Made by a program: the position numbers and the translations under genes. Shown here in pieces: positions 1 to 11,700 of a stretch of DNA of 64,000 nucleotides (positions are counted from its first letter, which is position 1; every line of letters begins with the position of its first letter). The stretch covers positions 4,137-68,136 of the forward strand of contig JAKBLT010000001.1 in assembly GCA_021831925.1 (NCBI GenBank). The letters are read 5' to 3'. The stretch comes from Thermoplasmata archaeon (GTDB taxonomy: Archaea > Thermoplasmatota > Thermoplasmata > Thermoplasmatales > Thermoplasmataceae). The notes beneath the pieces were generated by a model. It made no database searches, was not told where the DNA came from, and was given only the letters and a program-made list of their open reading frames with translations.

Positions 1-2
1 CA

Positions 3-635
3 CACGATGGTGATGCCGACAGGGCTGTATTCTTAGACGAAAAGGGCAATTTCATTGACGGAGACAGGATGCTTTCACTTATCGTGAAACATGTTGCCAG
101 AAGAGGTGACACAGTTGTGACGCCTATCAGCAGTTCAGACTGCATATCAGAGATATGTGAGGAGAAGGGTGCAAGGCTTGTTCGCACAAAGGTTGGCGCA
201 CCCATTGTTTCAAGAAAGATGATTGAATTGAGGGCAGCAATCGGCGGGGAGGAAAACGGAGGTATAATATATCCTGCTCACCAGTTCTGCCGGGATGGTG
301 CTATGACAGCTGCGCTTGTTCTATCTTACGTTTCGGAAACAGGGATTCCAGTATCTGAAAGCATCTCCAAGCTTCCACCCTATTTTTTGTCAAAAAAATC
401 TTTGAAAATAACTAAAAAATGGGAAGAACTGGCAGAAAGAATAACAGGAGAATTTTCTGGACACGATATTGACAGAACAGATGGAATTAAGATAATTAAC
501 GGCAAAGAATGGGTACTCATCCGGCCATCCGGTACTGAACCTATAATTCGAATTTATGCCCAGGGTTCATCGCCGGAGAGAGCAGGTGAACTTGCGGAGG
601 ATTATGTCTCCAGAATCTCAAACCTTATGACATGA
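3..635 (+). CDS. Alpha-D-phosphohexomutase (phosphoglucosamine/phosphomannomutase type), C-terminal part; 5' end lies outside the window
   Basis: The frame is open from base 3 (HDGDADRAVFLDEKG...). It shows the DGDADR metal-binding loop, the GGEENGG sugar loop and the RPSGTEP phosphate-binding loop typical of the family. Confidence 0.85.
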   Translation, partial: HDGDADRAVFLDEKGNFIDGDRMLSLIVKHVARRGDTVVTPISSSDCISEICEEKGARLVRTKVGAPIVSRKMIELRAAIGGEENGGIIYPAHQFCRDGAMTAALVLSYVSETGIPVSESISKLPPYFLSKKSLKITKKWEELAERITGEFSGHDIDRTDGIKIINGKEWVLIRPSGTEPIIRIYAQGSSPERAGELAEDYVSRISNLMT

Positions 636-638
636 AAT

Positions 639-1244
639 TCATAATTTTCGGAATGCGCTCGAGAATCTCTGTACAGCTGTTATGTTCCCTGCTATGAAAA
701 ACCACAGAAGCAGGATCGTTGAAGGCGTCAATAGTATATTATATAGCGAATAATGGAAAGGCAGGATCAGCTGGATCAGCGTGAATGCAAGCACGGCCAC
801 AAGCCTATCTGCCCGCCCCATAAGTCCTGAATAATCCCTCCCTATACCGAGTGCCTGGCTCTGTGTTCCCATGTAGCTTGTGAGCAAAACCCCCTCGAGG
901 CCGAGCAGTGCGTATATTGAACCTGCGTAAGCACTGAGACCTATGCCGGATATAATGAATATATCTGAAACACGGTCAAGGAAATGGTCAACAAGGTCCC
1001 CTTTTTTGGAGGCAAGATTCCTGGTTCTTGCAACCTTTCCGTCCACAGCATCCAGTACAGCTGAAAGAATCAGGGATATTATCGCGAATACAAGGAAAAC
1101 CCTTCCAATGTAGTAGAATATTCCAAATAGCAGTGCAAAAACCGTCGAGATTCCTGAAAGCGAGTTCGGGCTGAATCCCATGAATGGCTTCGATAAGGCA
1201 TCTATGTATCTATCAGCAGCCGATCGCTTAGAATCAAGACCCAT
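639..1244 (-). CDS. CDP-alcohol phosphatidyltransferase family membrane protein (polar-lipid head-group synthase)
   Basis: Motif DAVDGKVAR-x8-G-x3-D-x3-D (LDAVDGKVARTRNLASKKGDLVDHFLDRVSD). Multiple hydrophobic helices. Confidence 0.85.
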   Translation of the reverse strand: MGLDSKRSAADRYIDALSKPFMGFSPNSLSGISTVFALLFGIFYYIGRVFLVFAIISLILSAVLDAVDGKVARTRNLASKKGDLVDHFLDRVSDIFIISGIGLSAYAGSIYALLGLEGVLLTSYMGTQSQALGIGRDYSGLMGRADRLVAVLAFTLIQLILPFHYSLYNILLTPSTILLLWFFIAGNITAVQRFSSAFRKL

Positions 1245-1710
1245 TATGATTGCTCCCAGAGGTTAAATTTTCAATCTCTATAATCTTATCCCTTATGATG
1301 CAGAAAGATTCTGAAGGTGTTTTGCCTGTCAGCTCTAGCGATATGACGCGGGATGCCGGGAGTCTTTCAATGGACTCATAATAAATTGTATCAGAAATCT
1401 GTGCATCTATGTTTTCAGCAATCTTCTCGTCACTGTATCCGGCCGATCTCATCCTTGCGCTAATCTCATCAGGATCGGCTTTCAGTATTATGACATGACT
1501 TGACATGAGTAAATGGGAATAATGGGATTCTATCACCCTTGGCAGTTCCAGCATTCTTGATTTCATGCAGTCCAGGTCAACGAGATTCTTTTCCATGCAG
1601 CCGAGATCCAGTGCAAGTGAATCCGCGGATACGCACTCAATTCCATCCGAAGATAGCATTTTGCATATTGTCGTTTTTCCAACCTTTGGAATGCCTGTTA
1701 TTGATATCAT
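1234..1710 (-). CDS. Adenylate kinase 6 / Fap7-like small P-loop nucleoside kinase
   Basis: N-terminal P-loop ISITGIPKVGKTT, about 158 aa. It overlaps both neighbouring genes in an operon-like arrangement. Confidence 0.6.
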   Translation of the reverse strand: MISITGIPKVGKTTICKMLSSDGIECVSADSLALDLGCMEKNLVDLDCMKSRMLELPRVIESHYSHLLMSSHVIILKADPDEISARMRSAGYSDEKIAENIDAQISDTIYYESIERLPASRVISLELTGKTPSESFCIIRDKIIEIENLTSGSNHNGS

Positions 1711-2999
1711 AATTTCATTTCCATATGCGATTCAAGAGGTGCGACAAGATGCCTCCTTGATGCAACCGGTGCCTCGTACGACAAAGGCTGGCTCCTGATG
1801 ATCTCGTCATATTGCGGATATTGCTGAATCCAACCGCAGGCTACGCACTTGAATCTGCCTGATCCTGTGTTTCTGCATGGACCACCGCAAATATCACATT
1901 TTGGACTCCTTCTGACGAAGAGCCTTGCACGGCTGGTGACGCTTATTTTCTCCGCGTTAAAAGTTCCTTTCCTGAAGGAAGCATAAAGATGTATAACATC
2001 CCCGGGAAATATTCCATCAAGTACGGAACGCATCCCCTTGGATGGCTCGAAGACTGCAACGTTGTAATGCATTCCATTATAACTGCAGGTGAAAAAACCA
2101 TGCCCTCCATGTATCCTCTTAGGTCTATCCGCAACTGTTGCCATTATTGAATAAGAGCACATCTCCTCTATCCCCCGTGGATTGGAAATATAATGATCAT
2201 CAGTTGCCTGGTTAGTCTGGAATGTGATGAATCCGTCATACTGGATTTTGTATTTCGACGAGACGATTTCCTGGATCTTAGCTACTGGATCCGTATTGAG
2301 GGAACGAATGCCCATCATAACAGGTGTTTTCGGAGAGGGAAATATTGCGGCATGCCTGTTTTCAGGATCAATGTTGTTGAACGTTCCAGGAAGCATGTCA
2401 ATCTCGCCTGCGATTTCAAGCGATAACTTTTTGTCAATCCTGTCAGGATGCGGATATCTGTAGAATATTGTCTCATATGTAATGCGCCCTGGATTCCATG
2501 AGGCTGCAGCGAGTGCACCGATCAGCCCTCTTCCATTCTTTTCAAACCTGAATGGAATCCTGTTTTCTCTGAGATAATGCATTGCGGACCCAATTGTCCT
2601 TACTTTCCTGACAGTTTCAAGATATAGGCTTTCGTCTAATTTATGATTTACTGCGATCATTCCAGGATTTGTTTTTTCATCCAGGATCTGTGCATTCTCC
2701 AGTACTATTTTCCATGCTTTGTCAATATATTCTTCATAATCCGGAATATCCTGATAATTTTCATAGGAATAGATGGGTTTTTTCCCAAATTCGCCCACCC
2801 TGATTCTCCTGCCAATCCCCTTTCCGAATACTGCGGCAAGAGCAGCATTTCCCCTGGTTTTATAGGGTATATTTGGATTAAGCCTTACAAGCCTCGGGAA
2901 TCCGATGAGATCAAGCCCGATCTCTGATATAATCCTTGTAATGACATAAGTGGTGCATCCTCCATTTTTTCCGTCTGTGTCGTCAACAGCAAGCAGCAT
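1707..2999 (-). CDS. tiaS: tRNA(Ile2) 2-agmatinylcytidine synthetase TiaS
   Basis: The N-terminus LLAVDDTDGKNGGCTTYV matches the TiaS kinase-domain signature. A C-terminal Cys-rich zinc ribbon is present (CDICGGPC...CVACG). Length is about 430 aa. Confidence 0.85.
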   Translation of the reverse strand: MLLAVDDTDGKNGGCTTYVITRIISEIGLDLIGFPRLVRLNPNIPYKTRGNAALAAVFGKGIGRRIRVGEFGKKPIYSYENYQDIPDYEEYIDKAWKIVLENAQILDEKTNPGMIAVNHKLDESLYLETVRKVRTIGSAMHYLRENRIPFRFEKNGRGLIGALAAASWNPGRITYETIFYRYPHPDRIDKKLSLEIAGEIDMLPGTFNNIDPENRHAAIFPSPKTPVMMGIRSLNTDPVAKIQEIVSSKYKIQYDGFITFQTNQATDDHYISNPRGIEEMCSYSIMATVADRPKRIHGGHGFFTCSYNGMHYNVAVFEPSKGMRSVLDGIFPGDVIHLYASFRKGTFNAEKISVTSRARLFVRRSPKCDICGGPCRNTGSGRFKCVACGWIQQYPQYDEIIRSQPLSYEAPVASRRHLVAPLESHMEMKL

Positions 3000-3776
3000 T
3001 CACTCACCATATCTTCTCTGTCTTGATTGATATGTCCTTATAGCCCTCAGGAAATCAACCTTCCTGAGATCCGGCCAGTATACCTCTGTAAAATAAAGCT
3101 CTGAATATGCAGACTGCCATAACAGGAAATTTGAGACTCGCTCTTCACCGCTTGTCCTTAAGATCAGGTCAGGATCCGGAAGGCTTGAATCATAGAGATA
3201 CTTTCTGAAAACATCCTCGTTAATATCCTCAAGATTGATCTTGTTGTTCTTGTAATCCCTTGCGATTTTCTTGATGCCGTCGAGAATCTCCTCCCTTCCG
3301 CCGTATCCTATTGCAAGGTTGAACCTGAAATTATCATATTTTGACGTTGACTCTTCCGCTTTCTTGATTGTCTTCTTCAGATAGTCAGGGAGGTGTTTCT
3401 TCTGTCCTATTACCCTTACCCTTATGCCGTTTTCCCTTACCCTCTTGTCATTCATGAGATCAAGAAGGGAATCATTGATGAGCTTGAATAGAAAGTTGAC
3501 CTCTTCAGGAGACCTCTTGAGGTTTTCAGTCGAGAAACCATAGACAGTGACTATCTTGATGCCGACATCCATGCACCATTGCAGTACCTCCTCAAGTTTG
3601 TCCTTCCCCTTGACGTGACCATCATTGCTTGATATGCCTTTTTCGTTTGCATATCTTCTGTTACCGTCGGTAATAATGCCCAGATGCTTTGGGATAGGAT
3701 AATGTCTTATCTCTTCTAAAAGAACCTTTTCGTAAAGATCAGAAGCGATCTGTCCTATTTTCCCGGAGATAGTCAC
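3000..3776 (-). CDS. uppS: Cis-prenyltransferase (undecaprenyl/tritrans,polycis-polyprenyl diphosphate synthase)
   Basis: Motifs HLGIITDGNRRYA and RTSGEERVSNFLLWQSAYSELYF. Confidence 0.92.
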   Translation of the reverse strand: MTISGKIGQIASDLYEKVLLEEIRHYPIPKHLGIITDGNRRYANEKGISSNDGHVKGKDKLEEVLQWCMDVGIKIVTVYGFSTENLKRSPEEVNFLFKLINDSLLDLMNDKRVRENGIRVRVIGQKKHLPDYLKKTIKKAEESTSKYDNFRFNLAIGYGGREEILDGIKKIARDYKNNKINLEDINEDVFRKYLYDSSLPDPDLILRTSGEERVSNFLLWQSAYSELYFTEVYWPDLRKVDFLRAIRTYQSRQRRYGE

Positions 3777-3803
3777 TGTGTCAGTAAATTATAACAATCT
3801 ATT

Positions 3804-4757
3804 TTAGTCTAATACTTTCAGCGAAAGATAGATCATGGACTCAGTCGGGGAATAACCATGGACAATCCTTTTATCTTTTACCTCAAATCCTGCATCTCTT
3901 ATTCTCTCCATTGTGGCCTCAATATCCTCTGGATCACCGATGAAATAAAATTCAATCGAGCCGTCTGGTCTGAGGGATTGCTTTGCCGGTTCAAGATATT
4001 CTAAAGCACCATGCGGCAGATTCATGATGATGTGGTCAGCAGGCGGCAATTCCTTTATCACTATGCCGGAATCGCCGCACACTGGCATGATCTTTCCCTT
4101 CAACCTGTTCAAATCTATGTTCTTCAACAGATATGAGATTGCTTCCGGATTTATGTCTATTGAATATATTTCAACATTTCTGTTTTTGGCAATAAGAAGG
4201 GAAAATGGCCCGATACCTGCGAACATGTCAATGATGACATCACCATCTTTTATTCTCGACAGGATCCTCAAGCGTTCCGTGGCAAGCCGTGGCGAGAAGT
4301 AGACTTTTTTTATGTCTACCAGCATCCTGACACCATTTTCTGTATAAAGCGACTCAGTGATCTGATCGCCTGCAAGGTGTTTCAGTGATCGAACCCTGTA
4401 ATTCCCCGAGATGCCAGTATCATGCCAGACAGAGCGTATCCCCGAGCCGGAATGTATAAGGGAATCTGCAAGTTTCCTTGCCCTGTCCGTATCCCTTATC
4501 TTGATGACAGCTATCTCCCCAATCCTGTCGTATGAACCCGTGATAGAAACAGGTCTCATCCTTTCGCCTGAAATATGGGGGGTTATATACTTCTCTTCAG
4601 ATCCAGCGATCTCGATAGGCACATCGGGAATAACCGGAATGTAAACCTTACCATTATCATTGAAAATCCTGTACCTGCGATCAATTGACCGTTTTTCTGT
4701 TAGTTTCCCTATGACATCATTTGCATTCTCTTTCTCCACAATAAGATGCCTTGTCAT
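3804..4757 (-). CDS. trm5: tRNA (guanine37-N1)-methyltransferase Trm5-like class I SAM methyltransferase
   Basis: SAM-binding motif VIIDMFAGIGPFSL and NLPH motif (IIMNLPHGA). Size is about 317 aa. Confidence 0.8.
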   Translation of the reverse strand: MTRHLIVEKENANDVIGKLTEKRSIDRRYRIFNDNGKVYIPVIPDVPIEIAGSEEKYITPHISGERMRPVSITGSYDRIGEIAVIKIRDTDRARKLADSLIHSGSGIRSVWHDTGISGNYRVRSLKHLAGDQITESLYTENGVRMLVDIKKVYFSPRLATERLRILSRIKDGDVIIDMFAGIGPFSLLIAKNRNVEIYSIDINPEAISYLLKNIDLNRLKGKIMPVCGDSGIVIKELPPADHIIMNLPHGALEYLEPAKQSLRPDGSIEFYFIGDPEDIEATMERIRDAGFEVKDKRIVHGYSPTESMIYLSLKVLD

Positions 4758-6805
4758 TCTGTTCTCTTCACGATCGATTTCGCTGATGTTATCACGTCCC
4801 TTGCCAGCTTGTCCGAGAAACCGTATATCTTCTTAATAGCCGGTATCTCAGCAGATGCGATTTTTTCCAGGTCGATAAAACCGTTGCTGTAAAGCCTTCT
4901 AGCCCTGACTCTTCCCACCCCGGCAATCATTGTGAGCGGTATGATGTCCTCCTTCACACCCTCCTTTATCCTGAAGTTAAGATTGTACAGATCCTCCTTA
5001 ATCTCAGGCTTGAAGGAGTTTGCAAGAACCGCAAGTGAATACGAGATCCAATCGGCAGAACTTGACAGAGCCTGCACGTCCCCAGGGCCTATTCGGTACT
5101 GATCCATGATTGCCCGCATCGGTGTTTCAGATATCCACTCCTTAAGAACCATGGCAGTCTTTGCTGCTGAAAAGGATTCCTCACCATAATCGTTTACGCC
5201 AAGATTGTCCAGGAAATACTCGCATGACTGAATATCGTCCCTGCCGGCATTCAAACGCATCATGTCCGGGCACTGCGCTATCCTGAGCAGGGCAAGGTTC
5301 TCAGAATGTTTTTCTTTGAGGTAATCGTGTAATATAATTGCACTTTCAGGATCAAGGTAAAGATCTGATGCAACCTTTCCGAGCTTTGTAACAAAAAGCT
5401 TCCCTGATCTCTCAGTCACGAGATCATTTTCCTTCAGGAATTCTATAGAATTCTGAACTTTTTCAGTGATGTTTGAAACCGGATTCTGGAATGCAAATAA
5501 CATCTTCGAGTAAAAATCCATTATCTCCTCCTGGGTTTTCCCGATTCCCATGGCTACAAGTGCAAGGCTGTTCATCCTTATGTGCTTCTGGCTGCCTGCT
5601 GATGACAGTGTTGGTTCCACCTCCATTTCCATATAATCCTGGGCATGCTCGTATGACTGTGGTGATGCAGCATATATCAGGGCTTCGCCATAAGGATCAA
5701 GTCCAGGTCTTCCTGCCCTTCCAAGCATCTGGAAAATTTCTCTAGCCGAAAGATACACGCTCCTTCCATCCTGGTATCTGGTTATATCCCGGACAATAAC
5801 ACATCTTGCAGGCAAGTTGACGCCTGCAGCAAGCGTTGGCGTGGCAACGATGGTGCTGATTCTTCTTTCCTTGAAAAGCATCTCTACCTGGTTCCTGATG
5901 TTTGTTGAAAGACCAGCGTGATGGAATGAAACTCCAGTCCTGATCAATGAATTGATCCTTTCAGCGTATGGATCATCCTCTGCCTCAATTGTCTCATCCT
6001 TGAGATATCCGTTATCCTTCAGGAAAATTGAGATTTTTTCTGCCAGTTCCTCGCTCTTCTTCCTTGAATTCACAAATATAAGCGTCTGGCCCCCCTCCTC
6101 AAGGACCCTTATCAGCACTCCGAAAATATCCTTACTATTGGTATCTATTACTGTTCCGTCATAGTAGAAAATCTTGTTCTGGTAAAGCACTCCCTTTCTC
6201 AGGTTAACCGGGCGAAAATCGGAAACAACTATGTTGCTGTCAAGCCACTCACATACCTCACCAGGGTTTGAGATTGTCGCGGAAAGCGCAAGAATCTGGG
6301 TGTCAGGATTCACTATCCGGGTAGCGGTAAGGACAGTTTCCAGCCTCGGGCCACGATCGGGCTCGCCGACCATATGTGCTTCATCCGCTATTATGAGACC
6401 AATGTCAAATAGAATCGATGGATCATGCCTGATCATGGAATCTGCTTTTTCCGCTGTGCAAACAACTACATCATAGTTTCTGATAAAAGATGCTGAGGAA
6501 TCAAAATCGCCAGTGGCAATTGCGATTCTGTATCCATGTTTTCTTAGGGTTTTTAATTCAGAGAATTTTTCAAAGGCGAGAGCTTTCAGCGGTACGATAT
6601 AGAGGGATCGCTTTCCCGCTTTTATGTTACTCATGATTGCGGCATATGCAATCAGTGTTTTACCTGCTGCAGTTGGTACTGTGACAAGAAGGTTCCTGTT
6701 CTGCCTCAATTTAAAAATGGCTTCCTCCTGGTGGGGATATAATTCAAAGTCCTTTCCCAGAATCTCTATGAATCTATCATCAAACCCCATCTCCGAGAGC
6801 CGCAT
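4754..6805 (-). CDS. hel308: Ski2-like superfamily-2 DNA helicase Hel308/Hjm
   Basis: Walker A PTAAGKT, DEAH box (ADEAHMVG), SAT motif (LSATISN) and motif VI QMLGRAGRPG. The C-terminal ratchet/HhH region fits. The start was chosen at MRLSEMGFDD (ATG 6805); the longest ORF runs to 6853. Confidence 0.9.
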   Translation of the reverse strand: MRLSEMGFDDRFIEILGKDFELYPHQEEAIFKLRQNRNLLVTVPTAAGKTLIAYAAIMSNIKAGKRSLYIVPLKALAFEKFSELKTLRKHGYRIAIATGDFDSSASFIRNYDVVVCTAEKADSMIRHDPSILFDIGLIIADEAHMVGEPDRGPRLETVLTATRIVNPDTQILALSATISNPGEVCEWLDSNIVVSDFRPVNLRKGVLYQNKIFYYDGTVIDTNSKDIFGVLIRVLEEGGQTLIFVNSRKKSEELAEKISIFLKDNGYLKDETIEAEDDPYAERINSLIRTGVSFHHAGLSTNIRNQVEMLFKERRISTIVATPTLAAGVNLPARCVIVRDITRYQDGRSVYLSAREIFQMLGRAGRPGLDPYGEALIYAASPQSYEHAQDYMEMEVEPTLSSAGSQKHIRMNSLALVAMGIGKTQEEIMDFYSKMLFAFQNPVSNITEKVQNSIEFLKENDLVTERSGKLFVTKLGKVASDLYLDPESAIILHDYLKEKHSENLALLRIAQCPDMMRLNAGRDDIQSCEYFLDNLGVNDYGEESFSAAKTAMVLKEWISETPMRAIMDQYRIGPGDVQALSSSADWISYSLAVLANSFKPEIKEDLYNLNFRIKEGVKEDIIPLTMIAGVGRVRARRLYSNGFIDLEKIASAEIPAIKKIYGFSDKLARDVITSAKSIVKRTE

Positions 6806-6879
6806 CTTACCTCGTATAGCGGAGACAGATAAGGAAGTTATCTTACTGATCATAATAAAGGTTTAAATGATATTAGCAT

Positions 6880-7311
6880 ATGCCTAATTGCATGGATCCA
6901 GACGTGAATGAATTGACCAGAAGGGAAAGGGACTGCCTTATTGCGGTGGTTGAAAACATAGACGGCAGGTTTCCGATAAAACTGGTAAATCTTTCAAGAA
7001 TTTTAGGCGGAAAACCACCGACAATCCTTGAGATAGTCCGGAGATTGCAGAGAAAGGACCTCCTTATTGACAATTCAGGAATGATACTGCCTACAGAAAA
7101 GGGTTATGAAACATGTTCCAGGATACTTGAGGCACACAGGATCCTGGAATGCCTTGCAGCTAGGGGAAGAAAGTCAAAGGATGAAGCGTGCAGGGAGGTA
7201 AGTGATTACGACTATCTGGTCAGCCACAAAACCATACATGAGGTGTGGGCCCTCCTTGGTAACCCTCAGAAATGCCCTCATGGCAAGGCCATAGAAATCG
7301 AGCAGCCCTGA
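6880..7311 (+). CDS. DtxR/MntR-family metal-dependent transcriptional repressor (no SH3 domain)
   Basis: N-terminal winged helix (LTRRERDCLIAVV..LSRILGGKPPTILEIVRRLQRKDLL), followed by the dimerisation/metal region EAHRILECL...CPHGK. Confidence 0.7.
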   Translation: MPNCMDPDVNELTRRERDCLIAVVENIDGRFPIKLVNLSRILGGKPPTILEIVRRLQRKDLLIDNSGMILPTEKGYETCSRILEAHRILECLAARGRKSKDEACREVSDYDYLVSHKTIHEVWALLGNPQKCPHGKAIEIEQP

Positions 7312-7341
7312 ACAACCAGCCTATATTTTTCAGTGCAGGCA

Positions 7342-8607
7342 TCAGCGGAATCGCAAGGTACCGCCAGACGGACTCCCGGGTTGCTTTGGCCTCTCCAGTA
7401 ATGAGTATAGCGAAAGTGAATTTCTACCTCTATTATCCGGTTCTTTGAGCCTTGCGAATAAGAAAGAAGAAAGGAATCTTCCACCAAATACGATTGAATA
7501 AGAGAAAATCAAAGCTTCTCTAAGCGGAAAGAAAGAAATCATTTCCTGCAGCAGGTACCCGCCTATCAGCGCTCCAATCAGGTATATAACGCCATTGAAA
7601 CCATTTATGATGGATAGATACTGCGCTTTTTTTTCCTTGGGTATCACATCCAGGAGATATGAATTCATAACGACGTTCTGTATGGAACCGACGAATCCGC
7701 TATATATCTCTAATATTACAAATTCCGTGAAATTCGAGAAGAAGGCATAAAGCAGGGGGATTGCACTGAGCATGATCCTGTTCAGGAATATCAGCGGCGG
7801 CCTGTTGGTTCTGTCCGTAATTTTTCCCAGAAGATATTGAATAACCACGCTGGTCGACAAGGAGGCAATTGTAAGATAAGCCACAATGGTTAAACTGTAG
7901 TGCATGACAGAAACTATTGTTATCGGGAACATGGGCCATGCCATAGACCAGAAAATTCCCTGAACGTTCGTTGCAATGAAATATTTGTAAAAAAGCGGGT
8001 TTTCCTTCAACTTAGAAAGGGATTCCCTGAGGTTAGTTGGGGCAACCTCAACACCTCTTTTTTCCTCAAGAGATCCCATCAGGAGACCTGAAATCACGTA
8101 CGAACCGGCGGCGGCAAAGAAAGGTATGACTATATCACTCCTGACAGCGCCAGTAAAAAGGAATGTCATCACTATAAGAGACAGTATAGTTCCGATTGAG
8201 CTTAATATATTTATTATTGCCAGGAACCTTCCCCTTACTGAGGAATCCGTCTGGTCGGCAATCAGCGAAAACCAGTTGACTGTAATGAGGGATGCAAACA
8301 GTGAGATCGATGCATATACAACTATCAGCTCTATTGGTGTGTTGATCACACCCATCATATACCACAGGAAAGCCAGTATCGCGCTTCCTATCACCAGAAA
8401 GGGTCTGCGCTTTCCCACCCTGTCACTTAACTTCCCCCAGAGAAGCTGTCCACCATTGGAGACCGCATTTGATGAGGACTGGAGCCATCCCATCAGGACT
8501 GCCGATGCCCCAAGATAGACACCGTAAACGCCTACAAACGAGCTTGCGGCGGTCGCACCTGCGGCCACGACAAAAGATCTTATGGAAATCAGGGTCTTGT
8601 TAAGCAT
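7342..8607 (-). CDS. Major facilitator superfamily transporter
   Basis: About 12 hydrophobic helices. MFS loop motif GKLSDRVGKRRP lies between TM2 and TM3. Confidence 0.8.
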   Translation of the reverse strand: MLNKTLISIRSFVVAAGATAASSFVGVYGVYLGASAVLMGWLQSSSNAVSNGGQLLWGKLSDRVGKRRPFLVIGSAILAFLWYMMGVINTPIELIVVYASISLFASLITVNWFSLIADQTDSSVRGRFLAIINILSSIGTILSLIVMTFLFTGAVRSDIVIPFFAAAGSYVISGLLMGSLEEKRGVEVAPTNLRESLSKLKENPLFYKYFIATNVQGIFWSMAWPMFPITIVSVMHYSLTIVAYLTIASLSTSVVIQYLLGKITDRTNRPPLIFLNRIMLSAIPLLYAFFSNFTEFVILEIYSGFVGSIQNVVMNSYLLDVIPKEKKAQYLSIINGFNGVIYLIGALIGGYLLQEMISFFPLREALIFSYSIVFGGRFLSSFLFARLKEPDNRGRNSLSLYSLLERPKQPGSPSGGTLRFR

Positions 8608-8755
8608 TTAAATTATAACGCCGTGAGTTTAATGGAGTGGAAAAATGTTTCTAATTTCCATTCCTGGTCAGATCACATGTTTCCTTATCCAAGCTGGAGC
8701 ACCCTATCATCGGGAGGGAAACAACATTTTTTATTCTTGTATCTTATCATTGGGA

Positions 8756-11700
8756 ATGGCTTATCTGTTATACCCGGATATTTTCAGGAATAAGGTAGCG
8801 TTCACATCAGAGGATAATTTATGGATTTATGACAGATCCGATAAATCCTGCAGGCTTGTTCTCTCGAATTTCGGCACGATTACGCACCCGCGGTTTTCAC
8901 CCGACGGGAAGAAAATCGCATTCAGGTGCACCAAGGGATCTGACACACCTGTTTCTGAGGTATATGTAATTTCGGAAGACTCCTCTGAACTGAAGAGGAT
9001 AACATATTTTGTAACGGGAATGACCGATGTTGTTTGCTGGAAGGATAATCAAAGACTCGTTGTAATTTCAGATGAGGGATCGCCCTTTACCAGAGAGACA
9101 ATTTCCTATCTCTTCGATACAGAAGATCTTTCATATGAGCCAATGAACCTTGGTCCCGCATCCGCTATCATTTATTCAGACCATGGTACATTTCTAGTCA
9201 GGGGTCTTCAGGACTTAAATTACTGGAAACACTATAAGGGTGGCTTACGGGGAAAGGTTTATTTTGACAGTGGAAACAAAGGTGATTACAAACTCTTCCT
9301 CCAGATTGATTACACCGTGGATTCACCTGTTTATTTGAAAAACAGGTTATATTTCCTCACCGATACCGACGGCACCTCCAACGTATATTCAGTCAATCTG
9401 GATGGAAAGGATATGAAACAGCACACAAAATTCAGCGATTTTTATTTGCGAAACTTGAGGGGCGATGGCAGCCTGCTTATCTTCCAGAAGGGTGGAGAGA
9501 TCTTCCTTCTTGATCCTAAGAATGACAAGGTTGAAAAATGCGCCATTACACCCCCGTTGACTAACAACCTCAAGGAGAGAAGGTTCATTGAAAACGACAA
9601 ATTCATAGAGATGTTCCAGATTTCACCGAATGGGCAGGACTCCGCATTTGTAATCAGGGGTCAGGCCTTCAGGATGCATCCCAAGGCTGGACCGGTCGAA
9701 AAGATCAATGCCGATCTGAAAGGGAGAACCAGGCTGGTTAATTTTAGCCCTGATGGCAAATCGGTTTACTTCGTCAATGACGCCAGCGGTGAAGACGAAA
9801 TATATGTTTCTGGAATTGAAGGAAAGGTTAAGAAAATTCTTGGAAATTTTGGAACTTTAGAAGGACTCTTCCCATCACCCGATGGCAGGAAATTAGCCCT
9901 TTCAAACAACAGAAACCAATTCGGAATACTGGATGTAAAAACCGGAATATTCGATTTCGTGGATGAAAACAAATTCGGCATTATAGAAGAGGCTACCTGG
10001 CACCCATCCGGAAACTATGTCGCAATCTCCTACCCCGGTAATGGCTCGCTCAGTCATATTGAGATTGTAAATGCAAAGACCGGGAAGAAAACGACTGCAA
10101 CTTCTCAGGGCTCGATTGACTATTCGCCATCATTTGATTCCACAGGGAAATACCTGTATTACCTCTCCGAAAGAGCACTGGATCCTGTCTACGACAAGAT
10201 CGTTTTCGATCTTGGGTTTCCAAAGGCAGCTAAACCACATCTGATTACGCTTGACAAAAAGGAGCCAGACCCTGTCTGGGCCAGGCAAATGGATGAAAGA
10301 ACCGACGAAGATGGAAAATTTGTCTCCGATATAGATTTGGCTGATCTTACAAATAGATCCAGTGAGCTTCCTGTCAATGTCGAGGAATACCACAGGATTG
10401 TTGGTCTTTCTGATTCGGCCCTTCTGCTAAAATTCCCAATTGAGGGCGTGATGAAGCAGCAGAACAGCGGGCCAAGGTCCGACGGTAGCCTGGTACATTT
10501 TGATCTCAAAACAGGGAAGGAAAAGACCATTTTCACCAAGATTTCCGATTTCAAGGTATCTAAGGATGGAAAGAAGATAATGATACGATGGGAGAACCAC
10601 TTTACAGTCGAAAACCTTAGCTCAGCGCTGAAGAATCATGTCACCTCAGGCGATTCTAAAGAGGAAAAGGATGGAAGGACAGAGATAGACCTGAAGAGAA
10701 TAAAATGTGATATATTGCCCGCTGAGGAATGGCGGCAGATGTTTTTTGAAACCTGGAGGCTCATGAGGGAAAATTACTGGAAAGAGGAAAAGATAAGCAA
10801 ATTCTGGGATAAGGTCAGGAAGAAATACCTTCCGCTAGTAGATATGGTATCCTCCAGGTACGAGATGTCTGATCTGTTGAAGGAGATGCAGGGTGAAACC
10901 GGGACATCACACAGCTACGAACGCGGCGGTGAAATCTACCGTTCCTCATATCCAAAAATAGGAAAACTTGGCTGTTCCTTCAAATATTCTAATGGAAAAT
11001 ATTTGTTTGACCAGATTTACTGCGGGGATCCATCCAATATTCCAGAAAGGTCCCCACTGCTGGCTTCAGGCGTTGATATAAAAACAGGTGATGAGTTGCT
11101 GGCAATAAATGGTCATAAAGTCGGCAAAGATTATCCACCCGGGAAGGCGCTTGAAGATCTTTCAGGCACTGTTATTACCCTTGAAACGAGGAGGGGTTCT
11201 AAAATGTTGAAGCAGCCCGTGAAAAGTCTTGGTTCTGAGTTGAACCTGATCTACCGTAACTGGGTTGAGAATAACAGGAAATTTGTCAGGCAAAAATTCG
11301 GTGACAAGGTAGGCTATATCCACATCCCTGATATGATGGCAAAGGGCTTTTCAGAATTCCACCGGCAGTATATTTTTGAATGGGACAAACCATCCATAAT
11401 AGTCGATGTAAGGTTCAACGGCGGCGGTCATGTATCACATCTTTTGCTTGAAAAGCTTTCAAGAAGGCTCATTGGATTTGATCTACCCAGAAGGGGCCCA
11501 GCATCGCATTACCCATTATACGCTGTAAGAGGTGGAATAGTTGCGGTCACAAATGAATTTGCAGGATCGGATGGCGACATCTTTTCACATTCATTCAAAC
11601 TGATGGGACTGGGAGAGCTGATTGGAGAAAGGACATGGGGAGGCGTGATCGGAATAAACCCGAGGAGGCAGCTCGTGGACAGGACAATGATAACGCAGCC

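Noticed and set aside
8645-8755. A 37-codon N-terminal extension of the tricorn protease in the ORF track.
   Set aside because: The extension (MFLISIPGQITCFLIQ...) has no counterpart in the tricorn N-terminus as I recall it. A T-rich TATA-like box lies inside it at the right distance for a leaderless ATG at 8756.
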